A program made the translations under genes and the position numbers. A stretch of 64,000 nt of DNA from a virus: positions 45,559 to 109,558 of the IMG/VR virus record IMGVR_UViG_3300050821_006280. One strand, written 5' to 3'. The stretch's first letter is position 1, and each line of letters begins with the position of its first letter. Positions 39,301-46,291 of this stretch are shown piece after piece. Under the pieces are notes generated by a model. That model did not search any database, was not told where the DNA came from, and saw only the letters and a program-made list of their open reading frames with translations.

Positions 39301-39771
39301 GGCAGTGGCAATGCGAGCGGTGCCAATGTTGTGATCCGTGGTGGTCTCAAGGCTGGGACTGGTGCCAATGGCACCGTGACCATCGGTGACACGAATACTG
39401 CTGCCGTGAATATTGGTGCCACTGGCATCACGGCCACGATTCTCGGTGCTCTAAAAGTCAATCAGGGCTTTGGCGGAAATCTTCGCACTGCTGCCTCGAC
39501 GGTCTCTATCGCCAACACCGATGGCTTTGTCGGAGTAACAGGAAGCGGGGCTCGCACCGTCAATTTGCCAGCCGCGAACACCGTCATTGTTGGCTTTGAA
39601 CTTATTATCCAGGAAGTCGGGAATAGCTCTGGTACAATTACGATCAATCCATCCGGGGCTGATAATATCAATGGTGCAAATGCGGCCATCACCATTGCGG
39701 CTGCGTTCGGGAGAAAGACGTTGGTCAGCGACGGTGCTTCCAACTGGTATGTGAATACTGGAGTTGCATGA
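30337..39771 (+). CDS. giant glycine-rich repeat protein, fibre/adhesin-like (3144 aa)
   Basis: IYVRPTGNDTTGDG...AFRTVQ N-terminus, beta-helix-like region, ~1900 aa of GGxGG/xxGxGG repeats. Confidence 0.8.
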   Translation: MNGKIPIQGTLTADGTFPIANGAIQVPSQAGSRQVIYVRPTGNDTTGDGKTPGTAFRTVQFALDTIPVLQRSVSYVVDITGINDANQAIKVPPYASDKQISFNFSPPSPMQLYEGYVTLLAQPTVAATLNTGTTTISSDPITGMSIVTDTSQSWTVDQWKNSLVAGGSLFEGGIVEHNTATQLFIAGSVFSTPVHLLTPGATLTGASNVPTISITNVHAPFVISGISVQNANANTGAIQANSCDFVVLDACITNELIIGLNGACDSILIFGSFILGASGTSLTDMIITSGTIDIQRSYIRNSTPSFTCQSVNFTFCGLENVRFADATTSSPPFVDIFGLHMVGQGLLVMGQCSIADIKVDNATNGGSPHQNPNGSGIIVFGGGVLDIAGDGGNVGGSGNQGYGLEIQAGGSAFFQSGHVPTTGTLTITGTLGDWAVGRRAGTWTTLAANHPVWTVFDPSTRSSMAPNAGAEITPLFESYATSGRPAATTVAIGVVIRDTTKNTFSFSDGTGWNDLAVSPAGGYLPLAGGTMTGAIDSASNLQLGTTTATNISIGNSSSSTTLSGVIASDLSFVKETARNLGIATSTTIGAAGPTLSINGATSAAASAGAAAGQAGLLALVGGVGGTSSSTQAAGSGGDISIIAGAAGLNALGGGAAARGGNLVLDSGAGGTVNGSITIGATNALSIGVGRSGSTTTFSGAITFPAGSIAIAALTADTIVIAAGTGLSGGGSGTLGGSAPALSVVYGTATNTATQGNDSRLPPAPSQLGNLIYDTGSAYATVARGAANTVLLGQGAASPSFGAVPNAALQNSSITVSGSTGLSVTGSPVSLGGTLTLTNSGVTSNVAGAGIAVSGATGAVTISIPSGAVTTGMLANGAYVQLSPGSQQTGSSNISSTSEADGGFLGPSLTALSGSNLTMSSAGAQTTTVQGGAAGGILDLFSPTGTINIGTGTEATINVGNAAAKLSILGTNTQGAALRIGTYDADGTGTSMASVQPTEVGSSQWVEYFRGFANSLTSRLDQVYAMGWNINSNGYNLNSGDTALQDIWEAYYEPGQVGASQMERHLQFVNLAGTAFRPFSFLMRRDIDFITSLSQVSSATWSDLFGNTLLSVVGQGLAATNAAPGQSGGAALLNGGPGGAGSATQLGGNGGTVTITGGPAGANSGAGTNAPGYILIVPGAGTGAVGSNSLGVNAGQVQIRGIAGGAGTATAPGGQGSGVFVNGGNAGTNNGGGSSLGGQIQLQTGPGAAANGSSGGTQGGALGLTGGAGGAGSATGSASVGAYLTFTGGVGGASGGFSAGGQGGAVISKGGAGGLASGSQSGGRGGEVDLIAGTGGAAAIGAGAGGTGGPAFAEGGVGGAGTASGAAGSGGAITVLGGSAGANGGAGGANGGNATFDAGAGSGAGIGGVVQIANANASSFTIGGTNVTASSTVSTGSTSTLTIQGGVSGGILDLRAPLGTVNVGDISATTLNLGNGTTTVSQNGATYTGTLTAPSTVGTVGGAWAETAATGGAGSSVTAGGTGGTWTATSGAGGAGGTSGNGGNAGNATVTGGTGGAAGTVSGTGGAGGQVSLLSGVGGAASTGTGAGGAGGLVQLIANTGGASSATGNGGAGGGVTILSGSGANATANGGTGGGAGSITLTAGTAGTGNATGNVSGGNAGNINFNASAAANAAGSANATIAGSVFATAGAGGNAAASGGAATGGGSFTGTAGAGGTGAVSVNAGVGGVASVIGGVGGNSGSSASSPGTGGNANVTGGNGGSANTGGGAVGGTGGTINVTAGIGGLGDAANNTAAGVGGPANVKSGAGGAAGTGTGAAGAGGLLTVQGGIGGASSATGAGGAGGGVVVQGGTGANATASGGAGGAAGSVTITAGNPGNGNATGNVAGGVGGNLNLKSSPGANAAGAANATAPGALSATAGAGGNASTTSGTASIGGTFSATGGAGGAGSTALIGAAGGTASVTAGAGGASGASGGFGSGAGGAVSLVSGAGGTNTSGPGGAGGAVNITGGAPAAGDASSAAGATGTITIQSASGGTNNGGGGSAGGAINILSGNGSAANGASVAQAAGTIQILPGVGGAGSASVGGGTGGNGLLKGGAGGVASSGGVGGTGGQANVQAGAGGAAGTSNGGVGGQVSINSGAGGAASASGGVGGAGGIVLIQSGAGGAGVAGSNIAGGLGGNLTVVGGTGAAVAGSAAAKNGGSFQAQGGTGGAGNTGSAAAGTGGPATLLGGAGGVSSATSAGGSGGGTFVTGGPGANATASGGGAGNGGGVAIVGGGSGAGNATGNVGGGAGGVVTINGGASAAAAGSANAITGSTVSLTGGTGGAAGAGTGTGAPGGGTTVASGAGGAGSATATGGAGGELLLNSAAGGTNSGSGGGAAGQVTISASNGTAASSASAATAGGAIVFNSSLHAALQGTGGAGGTTTGGGAGGAVTVNTGVGGVAGSTSGNAGAGGAFSVVSGNGGAAAAGTGTSGAGGIISLNAGNAGAASSTGAGGLGGSITIQSGAGAAASGTSNGSAAGGISIQANNSGAAASGGGTAGAGPTLTVQSGNGGAGAGAVGGGNGGVVAITGGNGGAGGTTVAGAPGGAVQSIGGIGGTAGTTSGTGGLGGTGLVRGGVGGAAAAGSGAAGNGGPANIQGGAGGASSTTGAGGNGGAATLTGGAGAAGTSGSNISGGIGGDITLTTGAGAAAAGTAVGTSSGNVNVSIGTAGAAGASAGGGAAGTITLTAGTGAAAGSGSSNATAGGVAQMFGGSGGAASTGTGVGAIGGTASLIGGAGGAASTGTGAAGTGGQARVTGGAGGASTSTGSGGSGGSVLISGGAGAAGSAGTNISGGVGGGVTIQTGAGAAAAGTAVGTAPGSVTIAIGTAGASGASAAGGAAGTVSITAGTGAAAGTGSSNATAGGTLTEAAGAGGAANATGTGTAAAGGAWSASGGAGGAGAAGNTAGATGGAASVIGGAGGAGSGAGNPGGGGQVNITGGAAGTGGSGNASGANVVIRGGLKAGTGANGTVTIGDTNTAAVNIGATGITATILGALKVNQGFGGNLRTAASTVSIANTDGFVGVTGSGARTVNLPAANTVIVGFELIIQEVGNSSGTITINPSGADNINGANAAITIAAAFGRKTLVSDGASNWYVNTGVA

Positions 39772-39821
39772 TCCCACGTCATCAATTTGCATTCAGGCTG
39801 ATCACCCTCAGGAGAGCCTTC

Positions 39822-41579
39822 ATGATGAAGTTTCTTTATACCTCTTTCGTCTTCGTGGTCTTTGGATGCACCTCTGGTTACGCGCCAAGTAACAATCCGC
39901 GATTATTGAATATCGATGTCACGAAGAGTCCGTATCTTGCTGTTGCAGATGGAATGACCCACGACTCGGCCGCCATCCAGGCTGCTATCAACGCAGCGTG
40001 TGCCACACCGCCCCTTGGCAATCTCTTAACTCCGCCGCCAATCGATTTCCCGGAAGGTGAATATTTAGAGGATATGCCACTGATCGTTCCTTGTGACAAC
40101 ATGACCCTTCAGGGTACTGGTGGAGCTAATAACTCCCATATACGAGATGTCTTTGGATGGGGTCCGATGATTGCGGTTCTACCTCATAACTACCCCGGAG
40201 TGCCAACAGTTCCAAGTTTTCTCCCAGACGGTGGCAATTCTCTCGCACTTCCGGCCGATGATACTATGTGGTTCAACTTGCGCGCCGATATGATGCCTGT
40301 AGCCATCGAGACAAATGGGCTACCCAGCCTGACTGTCGAGGCGTACATCAAGCCGAAGGCGCTGCCTGGCGGTCCGGCCAGCATCATCACATCAAGCGGG
40401 CGTTCAGCACTATCTAAGCCAGTCTCCTTCGCCTTCTCGCTTTACACGTCGGGGGCATTCATCGGTGCGCTCATGACTGTCGGTGGCCACCAGTATCAGC
40501 TCATGGGCCCAACAAGCAATCTTGTTGTTGGCGTTCCTGCCCACGTGGCTGTCGACTACGACGGCGCGATGATCCGCCTCTACGCGAATGGTGTGGTGGT
40601 CGCAAGCCAGGCCGCGACTGGCACCATCACGCAGGGACCGTTCGAGGACGTTACCCTCGGTCCCGCTATGCAGGACAGTGAGACGACCTTCCTTTGGGAA
40701 GCCTTTCAGGGCTACATCGACTCGGTCCGCATCAGCAACACCGCGCTCTACGCGGGTACATGCGCGCCCACTTTTCACAAACTCGGCGCCAGTTCCAGCA
40801 CGATGGTGCTCTTGAATTGGGGGAATCAGGTTGGCGCTCTGGCGCAGGGTCTCAGCGCGCTCGGCGGCTGGGGCTGGCTCCAGATGCGCGCGAACGGAAA
40901 TTACGCGCAGTCATCGGTTACGATCCAGCACCTGAAGATAGATGGCGTGACCTACGGAACCCCCTTGTTTATGTCGTTCAATCACAACTACACCCTCTCG
41001 GATCTCGAGTTGGATTGCGGTGGAGAGGACTGTTTGGTCCTCGCGAACAACGACTATGAGGGGAAAATAGATAACGTGAGGATCTTAGGTGGTCCGCGAA
41101 TTGGCTTGCTGGCGGCCATCGCGGCGGGAGTGATCCAAATCGATGCGCTTCGATTTGTCGGCGGCATGTATCAGCTGGTCATCACAAATGGGTCAGTACT
41201 GTTGAATCAGCCGTACTTCGGTGGTTCCGCGAATACACAGATCAGTGCCGTTTTGAAGAGCATCAACATCAGCGTGCAGATGGATCAACCACTATTCGAT
41301 GCTGAGTCTGCTGGCGGTCCGACCTATCGACCGATGTTGCTGTCAGGCACCGCAGGTGCTGAGCTGAACATGATTACCTCTGATATGACATCCCACAACA
41401 ATCTGCCGCCGATCGAAGTCGATATGTGGGACAACGCAACCTTCATCGGTAGCGCTTTCACTCTGTCTGGCCAGGAGCCAGAAGTCTTTCAGCTGGACTC
41501 GCCACATGCGCTCTCGATGCCCCTGACTCTGATAAGCACATGGCAAAAGAATGGAATGCATGTTCCCTGGACCAACTAA
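39822..41579 (+). CDS. lipoprotein-like glycoside-hydrolase/pectate-lyase beta-helix protein with LamG domain
   Basis: VFVVFGC signal; AVADGMTHDSAAIQAAINAA...FPEGEY; LTVEAYIK, HVAVDYDGAMIRLYANG, FQGYIDSVRIS. Confidence 0.75.
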   Translation: MMKFLYTSFVFVVFGCTSGYAPSNNPRLLNIDVTKSPYLAVADGMTHDSAAIQAAINAACATPPLGNLLTPPPIDFPEGEYLEDMPLIVPCDNMTLQGTGGANNSHIRDVFGWGPMIAVLPHNYPGVPTVPSFLPDGGNSLALPADDTMWFNLRADMMPVAIETNGLPSLTVEAYIKPKALPGGPASIITSSGRSALSKPVSFAFSLYTSGAFIGALMTVGGHQYQLMGPTSNLVVGVPAHVAVDYDGAMIRLYANGVVVASQAATGTITQGPFEDVTLGPAMQDSETTFLWEAFQGYIDSVRISNTALYAGTCAPTFHKLGASSSTMVLLNWGNQVGALAQGLSALGGWGWLQMRANGNYAQSSVTIQHLKIDGVTYGTPLFMSFNHNYTLSDLELDCGGEDCLVLANNDYEGKIDNVRILGGPRIGLLAAIAAGVIQIDALRFVGGMYQLVITNGSVLLNQPYFGGSANTQISAVLKSINISVQMDQPLFDAESAGGPTYRPMLLSGTAGAELNMITSDMTSHNNLPPIEVDMWDNATFIGSAFTLSGQEPEVFQLDSPHALSMPLTLISTWQKNGMHVPWTN

Positions 41580-41589
41580 AGGCGAAACC

Positions 41590-41964
41590 ATGAAACGCGC
41601 ACTATTAGCCGTATTGATTTTCTCGGCATGTTCGAGTAACCGACCAAATACGATCACTCAGCCATGGGTATGTGGCTCTTATACGATGCGTGCCGAATGG
41701 GCAAAACACGGCGTCTGTTTATCTGCGTGTAAGATCATGTACAGGCAACGCGGAGCGCCCCTCTTCAATGATCCAGTGGCATTCCGTAAGGAGGGAACCG
41801 AGAGAGACAGGTGCACGTGTATGTCAATGTTTGCTTCCGATCCGATCGCCAAGGCAGTCTACGGAGGCTCTCCGCCGTCAGGCTGGATCGACGGAGCGTC
41901 TCTGACTATCGCTCACGTTGATACTCCTCCGACACCGCCTCGTTCACCCGAATGCGCCTTCTAG
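41590..41964 (+). CDS. Cys-rich lipoprotein
   Basis: MKRALLAVLIFSAC. Confidence 0.6.
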   Translation: MKRALLAVLIFSACSSNRPNTITQPWVCGSYTMRAEWAKHGVCLSACKIMYRQRGAPLFNDPVAFRKEGTERDRCTCMSMFASDPIAKAVYGGSPPSGWIDGASLTIAHVDTPPTPPRSPECAF

Positions 41965-42347
41965 CCCTGATCTTTCTCCTAGGATGTACGCAGGCGTTTG
42001 CGCCACAGCACGCCGCTGAAGCGGTTTCAATAGTATGGACTTCATATAAGGCCGTCGGAGAACCACCGTCGATCAACTGGCTCTTGCCGGAATGCGTGGC
42101 TCCAAAGGGCCAACATGGAATTCCATTACCTGGCACTGACGAATGCGTGGCGAGCTATTATGAGTTCCCGCCGGAAGAATTAGCTGTCATCGCGTGGGTT
42201 GGTCAATTTCACAATACAGGTCTAGCTCATGAGCTGATGAATTCGGTCGATTGCAGGTCGAATCCAAACTGTCTCGATGAGCAATTTATGATGAGGCAGT
42301 ATCTCGTAGATAAAGCCAACGCTTCCTTGGCCGCTGCCGGGTACTGA
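41952..42347 (+). CDS. putative lipoprotein
   Basis: MRLLALIFLLGC. Confidence 0.6.
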   Translation: MRLLALIFLLGCTQAFAPQHAAEAVSIVWTSYKAVGEPPSINWLLPECVAPKGQHGIPLPGTDECVASYYEFPPEELAVIAWVGQFHNTGLAHELMNSVDCRSNPNCLDEQFMMRQYLVDKANASLAAAGY

Positions 42348-42464
42348 TCTCTTTCGAGATTTCTGATCGTTTCCTTGTAAATTAAACATACGCGGTGCTA
42401 GCATGCCGTCGTGTCCACCCGTCGAAAACGTCGACGACCAGATTACTGGCAAAGGAGAGGAAAG

Positions 42465-42875
42465 ATGAAGTACGTGATGATTCCAAGTCCGGTCAAGCTC
42501 GTAGAGCCAAGGACTGGAAAACCCATCAAGCAGCAGAACGAAGCCGGCGTGCTCGAAGATATTCCACCAGTGACAATGCCTGGTTGGAACAACGATTTCA
42601 TCATTTCCAACCAGATGATCGGAAAGGGCGGTGACGGCATTCGTCGTGTGATCCGCCTGGAGAAAGCCTTCAAGGAAGAGAATCTGAAGGTAGCCAACGG
42701 CGTCAAGTATGCCGCGGTTGAATCTGACGATCATAAGATGGTGATGAACATCGTCAACGAGCTGACATGGCAGAATATGCTCGTTGGCAAGCAGTACTTC
42801 GTGTTCATGGAGGCCTGGGAGAAGGCGCTCGATGAGCTTCCAAAGGAAGAAGCCAAGCCAGCTGCCCAGGCCTGA
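42465..42875 (+). CDS. hypothetical protein
   Basis: AGGAGAGG RBS. Confidence 0.7.
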   Translation: MKYVMIPSPVKLVEPRTGKPIKQQNEAGVLEDIPPVTMPGWNNDFIISNQMIGKGGDGIRRVIRLEKAFKEENLKVANGVKYAAVESDDHKMVMNIVNELTWQNMLVGKQYFVFMEAWEKALDELPKEEAKPAAQA

Positions 42876-42934
42876 AGAAACGCCCATATATAATGGGCCG
42901 AGAGCACCTCCCGAAGTTTTGTCAAGAACCAACC

Positions 42935-42964
42935 TTGACAAACACCCCCAGCCGACCGTAGACT
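42935..42964 (+). promoter_or_regulatory. sigma70-type promoter heading the tRNA array
   Basis: TTGACA-N18-TAGACT. Confidence 0.6.
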
Positions 42965-42970
42965 CTCTTT

Positions 42971-43044
42971 TGCGGACAAGAGAAACGGCAACTCACTTGG
43001 CTCATAACCAAGAGAATCAGGTTCAATTCCTGGGTCCGCAACCA
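42971..43044 (+). tRNA. tRNA with CAT anticodon (Met/fMet/Ile2)
   Basis: cttgg-ctCATaa-ccaag; encoded CCA. Confidence 0.8.
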
Positions 43045-43085
43045 AGGTAGTTTACAAGAGGAGTCTCGCTAGAGAGCTGAACATC

Positions 43086-43277
43086 ATGTTGACCCTGAAT
43101 TTACATAGGACCATAGGCGAAGCTGCCCTAGCCTCCGGTATCCAAACCGGACGGTCATGGTCCATCGTGGGTTCGGGATCGCTCTTTAGCTCGGATTGCG
43201 TCATGGGCCTGGAGCGCGGTCATAAGTATATCCAGACCCCGGCGACGACCACAAATCCCGGAGGCCCTTTCAGATAA
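43086..43277 (+). CDS. putative attenuator leader peptide (63 aa)
   Basis: Last codons form the 5' arm of a hairpin that competes with the downstream terminator. Confidence 0.5.
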   Translation: MLTLNLHRTIGEAALASGIQTGRSWSIVGSGSLFSSDCVMGLERGHKYIQTPATTTNPGGPFR

Positions 43278-43301
43278 ACCTGCACCAAGGGAACTGAAAG
43301 G

Positions 43302-43337
43302 GCCGCCAGGAGAGATCCTAGGCGGCTTTTTTATTTT
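43302..43337 (+). terminator. intrinsic terminator overlapped by an alternative hairpin
   Basis: gccgccagga-gaga-tcctaggcggc plus TTTTTTATTTT. Confidence 0.8.
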
Positions 43338-43361
43338 CCGGGGTCAAAAAGGATCAAATAT

Positions 43362-43446
43362 GCGGGCGTTGAGCAGCGTGGTGGGCTCACCTGACTGTAA
43401 ATCAGGCGCTTCGGCCGTGAAGGTTCGATTCCTTCCGTCCGCACCA
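43362..43446 (+). tRNA. tRNA-Tyr(GTA)
   Basis: cctga-ctGTAaa-tcagg; variable arm; CCA. Confidence 0.88.
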
Positions 43447-43507
43447 GGAGAAGTAAATGGATCTGATCTACGAGCGAAAACGCGGGCGAACGGAAGGGCA
43501 TACCTAC

Positions 43508-43582
43508 GCCTCCGTAGCCAAGCGGATAAGGCAGCGAACTTTTAATTCGTTGATCGCAGGTTCAAATCCTGCCGGGGGCACC
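43508..43582 (+). tRNA. tRNA-Lys(TTT)
   Basis: gcgaa-ctTTTaa-ttcgt. Confidence 0.88.
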
Positions 43583-43597
43583 TGAAGGAGAGAAGTC

Positions 43598-43828
43598 ATG
43601 AAGGTCTACATGATGCACGCAGGCGGCATGAAGGAAGTCGAGATGGAGTTCAAGAGCGCAGAGGGCGCTCTGGATCGTCTCGGTGTCCTCGGGCGTGGCG
43701 TGGAGACCATCAAGGATGACACGGGCACGGTGTTCCGTGTCGACCTTGGACGTGGCTTCTCGACAAAAAAGGGAGAAGTGATCCGTAAGACCTCGCTGGC
43801 CGCTTCTTTGTATCGGCAGGCGGGGTAG
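43598..43828 (+). CDS. hypothetical protein
   Basis: AAGGAG RBS. Confidence 0.65.
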   Translation: MKVYMMHAGGMKEVEMEFKSAEGALDRLGVLGRGVETIKDDTGTVFRVDLGRGFSTKKGEVIRKTSLAASLYRQAG

Positions 43829-43870
43829 ATAGAAATAACCGATCCCCCTCCTAACGGCCGGGGATCGTAT

Positions 43871-43942
43871 TCGGGGATAGGTCAATGGTAGACCAGCAGC
43901 CTCTGGAGCTGCGTGTTGGGGGTTCGAGTCCCTCTCCCCGAA
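43871..43942 (+). tRNA. tRNA-Gln(CTG)
   Basis: gcagc-ctCTGga-gctgc. Confidence 0.88.
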
Positions 43943-44088
43943 CTAGGGTTGTCGTGACTGTGCTGTACGCGACGTGAGTGTCTGATCTTCGGATCCAGGC
44001 CAGGGCGAGCGACAGGACGGCGAAACGTCGACAACCTATTGATAATTTAATAGTTGACGACGCGGGGGCGCACCATCGCCCCCAATAT

Positions 44089-44162
44089 GTCCCCTTAGCT
44101 TAATTGGTAGAGCGCTGCGCTGAAGACGCGGAGACCTCGGTTCGATCCCGAGGGGGGACACA
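44089..44162 (+). tRNA. tRNA-Phe(GAA)
   Basis: ctgcg-ctGAAga-cgcgg. Confidence 0.9.
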
Positions 44163-44166
44163 ATAT

Positions 44167-44298
44167 GCACCTGATGGTCAACGGTAGACCACCATCCTGA
44201 ACAGATGGCAAATCAAATACCAGGATTGCACCTCGGCTCCTTACGGAGCCAACTAGTGATCCTCACAAGCAGAGAAGGTTCGACTCCTTCCAGGTGCG
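44167..44298 (+). ncRNA. tRNA-like RNA (GAA loop) with 65-nt variable-region domain
   Basis: Acceptor gcacctg/caggtgc, D, anticodon and T arms intact; conserved insert. Confidence 0.8.
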
Positions 44299-44304
44299 CA
44301 ACAT

Positions 44305-44434
44305 GGCGCGTATGGGGATGGTCCCCAGCTCTCTTCCAAAGAGTGCAATATCCAGGATGGCACCTCGGCTTGAATAACAAGCCAACCAGCGATCCTCACA
44401 AGCTTTGTCGGTTCGATTCCGGCACGCGCCTCCA
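44305..44434 (+). ncRNA. tRNA-like RNA (TCC loop) with 62-nt variable-region domain
   Basis: Acceptor ggcgcgt/acgcgcc-TCCA; same insert. Confidence 0.8.
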
Positions 44435-44446
44435 CAGTAGCAACAT

Positions 44447-44582
44447 GGGTGAACACAGAGGGAGGGTCCCTCGCCAGCCTTGATAGCTGGAGCCAAAAGC
44501 TCCCAGAATCACACCTCGATCTCAGCAATGGGATCAACTCGTGGTTCTTACACGCCATCCGGTTCGACTCCGGGTTCATCCA
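44447..44582 (+). ncRNA. tRNA-like RNA (TGA loop) with 67-nt variable-region domain
   Basis: Acceptor gggtgaa/ttcatcc; same insert with compensatory changes. Confidence 0.8.
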
Positions 44583-44595
44583 CTGATTTGTTTTT

Positions 44596-44667
44596 GGGTG
44601 CGTAGCACAATGGAAGTGCAGTTGATTCTTAATCAATTGGTTCCGAGTTCGAGTCTCGGCGCACCCA
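44596..44667 (+). tRNA. tRNA-Lys(CTT)
   Basis: gttga-ttCTTaa-tcaat. Confidence 0.88.
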
Positions 44668-44790
44668 CTATTGAACGGGTTCGATTCCCTCCCTGGGCAC
44701 TATCCTGTGGTAAGATCAAATGGAGCGCAGATGCAGGTAATCGCCTCGACGTTCTCCAGTCTGATCTTTACCCCAGGGCTTTCTTCCGAT

Positions 44791-44879
44791 GGAAGGGTTT
44801 GCACATTGGCAAGTCAGCACCGCTCGAAACGGTGTGGGCCGGGTAACTGGCTCTGGGAGTTCGACTCTCTCCCCTTCCG
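44791..44879 (+). tRNA. tRNA-Ser(CGA), atypical D arm
   Basis: caccg-ctCGAaa-cggtg; long variable arm. Confidence 0.8.
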
Positions 44880-44905
44880 CTCTCAATACCAGCAAGGAGT
44901 ACTGC

Positions 44906-45124
44906 ATGCGGACGTGCCCCGAGTGCGCGACATGGCGTGGCGCTACGAGCGAGATCAACGTTCATAAGCGCGGGACGTACTGTCCGACATGCGGTGCTAC
45001 CAGGGCATTTGACGATCCTCTCTCAGAAGAGGATAACGAGATCCAGCACCACACCATGAAGCGGAAGTTGCGCAAGGTGGACTCTTTGAGTGAGGGAGCG
45101 CGCAAGCGTTTGCGCCTCGCATGA
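44906..45124 (+). CDS. zinc-ribbon protein
   Basis: CPEC...CPTC; AAGGAG RBS. Confidence 0.6.
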   Translation: MRTCPECATWRGATSEINVHKRGTYCPTCGATRAFDDPLSEEDNEIQHHTMKRKLRKVDSLSEGARKRLRLA

Positions 45125-45255
45125 CCAGCTGGTGGATCTTGCGCAATATCGTAATCATGTGCAAGATCCACGTTCCAACGCTGTTTCGGTGGATCGGTCC
45201 GTTTTTGTTGTAACCGGATTGATCGACCTCCGTATGGATGATACTGTGCTCTGTA

Positions 45256-45690
45256 ATGCGAGAGCTTAGTCACCACACGAAGGATAAAGGCGATCAAGGA
45301 GTCGGGTTCGTGATCGCTTCGCTTCTTTCCCACAATATCAAGATTGCTCTTCCGCTAAGTGAACATCTTCCGTTTGATCTGATTGCAATTTCTACTTCAG
45401 GACAAATGCGAAAGGTGTCAGTTAAGTATCGTGCGGAAAGAGATAGCAAAATTGAGGTAAGACCAGAAAGTAATTGGTCGAACGCAAAACAGTTCTGCAC
45501 TCGCAAATACGAGCCAGGCGAAGTCGATGCATATGCCATCTACTGTCCTAATACAAAGACGTGCTATTTTGTTCGGGAGTCAGATGCACTTCATGGAATC
45601 ATTCTTCGCATGGAACCGCCAGGCAACGGCCAGACAAAGGGCATACGAATGGCGAAGGATTTCGTAGATCCAAATTCGATATTTGTATAG
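45256..45690 (+). CDS. group I intron-associated-type PD-(D/E)xK endonuclease
   Basis: TKDKGD...PFDLIA...VSVKY...Y...VDAYAIYCP. Confidence 0.8.
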   Translation: MRELSHHTKDKGDQGVGFVIASLLSHNIKIALPLSEHLPFDLIAISTSGQMRKVSVKYRAERDSKIEVRPESNWSNAKQFCTRKYEPGEVDAYAIYCPNTKTCYFVRESDALHGIILRMEPPGNGQTKGIRMAKDFVDPNSIFV

Positions 45691-45697
45691 ATTTCAC

Positions 45698-45788
45698 GGA
45701 AGGATGGCAGAGAGGCTTAATGCGGCGGCTTGCTAAGCCGTTGTGCTGGGTAACCGGTACCGCGGGTTCAAATCCCGCTCCTTCCGCC
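45698..45788 (+). tRNA. tRNA-Ser(GCT)
   Basis: gcggc-ttGCTaa-gccgt. Confidence 0.9.
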
Positions 45789-45899
45789 GGTCAGTGAAAG
45801 GCCTAGTAGCTGACCAAATAAAACGCTCGCACCCAACGTGAGTTCCTCGGCATCGGCCGAAGCGTAAAAAGGAATCCCTGCGAAGGGTCTGGGTGTTTT

Positions 45900-45973
45900 C
45901 CGGGTGTAGCTCAGTTTGGAAGAGCATCCGCTTTGGGAGCGGAGGGTCACTGGTTCAAATCCAGTCTCCCGGA
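45900..45973 (+). tRNA. tRNA-Pro(TGG)
   Basis: tccgc-ttTGGga-gcgga. Confidence 0.9.
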
Positions 45974-45992
45974 CTACTGTAGTATTCGAGCC

Positions 45993-46214
45993 ATGAGCCG
46001 GCTTCTCTCCGTCGAAATGGCACTGACCATCTTCGTCATGAGCGCCGCCGGTTGCTATGTCGCTCTCACGCTTCGTGATCTATGGCGTCAGTACAGGCGC
46101 TATCGACGATTGAAAAAAGAAGGACCTTCCCCTGGTACCCCGGTGTACTTCGTCTCGAAGCAGGATAGAGCCAAAGACGATACCCCAGTCACGAAGAAGA
46201 CGATCAAACACTAA
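45993..46214 (+). CDS. small membrane protein
   Basis: One hydrophobic segment then basic tail. Confidence 0.5.
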   Translation: MSRLLSVEMALTIFVMSAAGCYVALTLRDLWRQYRRYRRLKKEGPSPGTPVYFVSKQDRAKDDTPVTKKTIKH

Positions 46215-46216
46215 AT

Positions 46217-46291
<75 letters not shown>

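Noticed and set aside
31683-39461. Long Pro/Ala-rich minus-strand ORFs
   Set aside because: Antisense shadows of the glycine-rich gene.
43947-44036. Hammerhead or pistol ribozyme
   Set aside because: Has CTGAT and CGAAAC but lacks the CUGAnGA core and correct stem arrangement; kept only as an unknown structured RNA.
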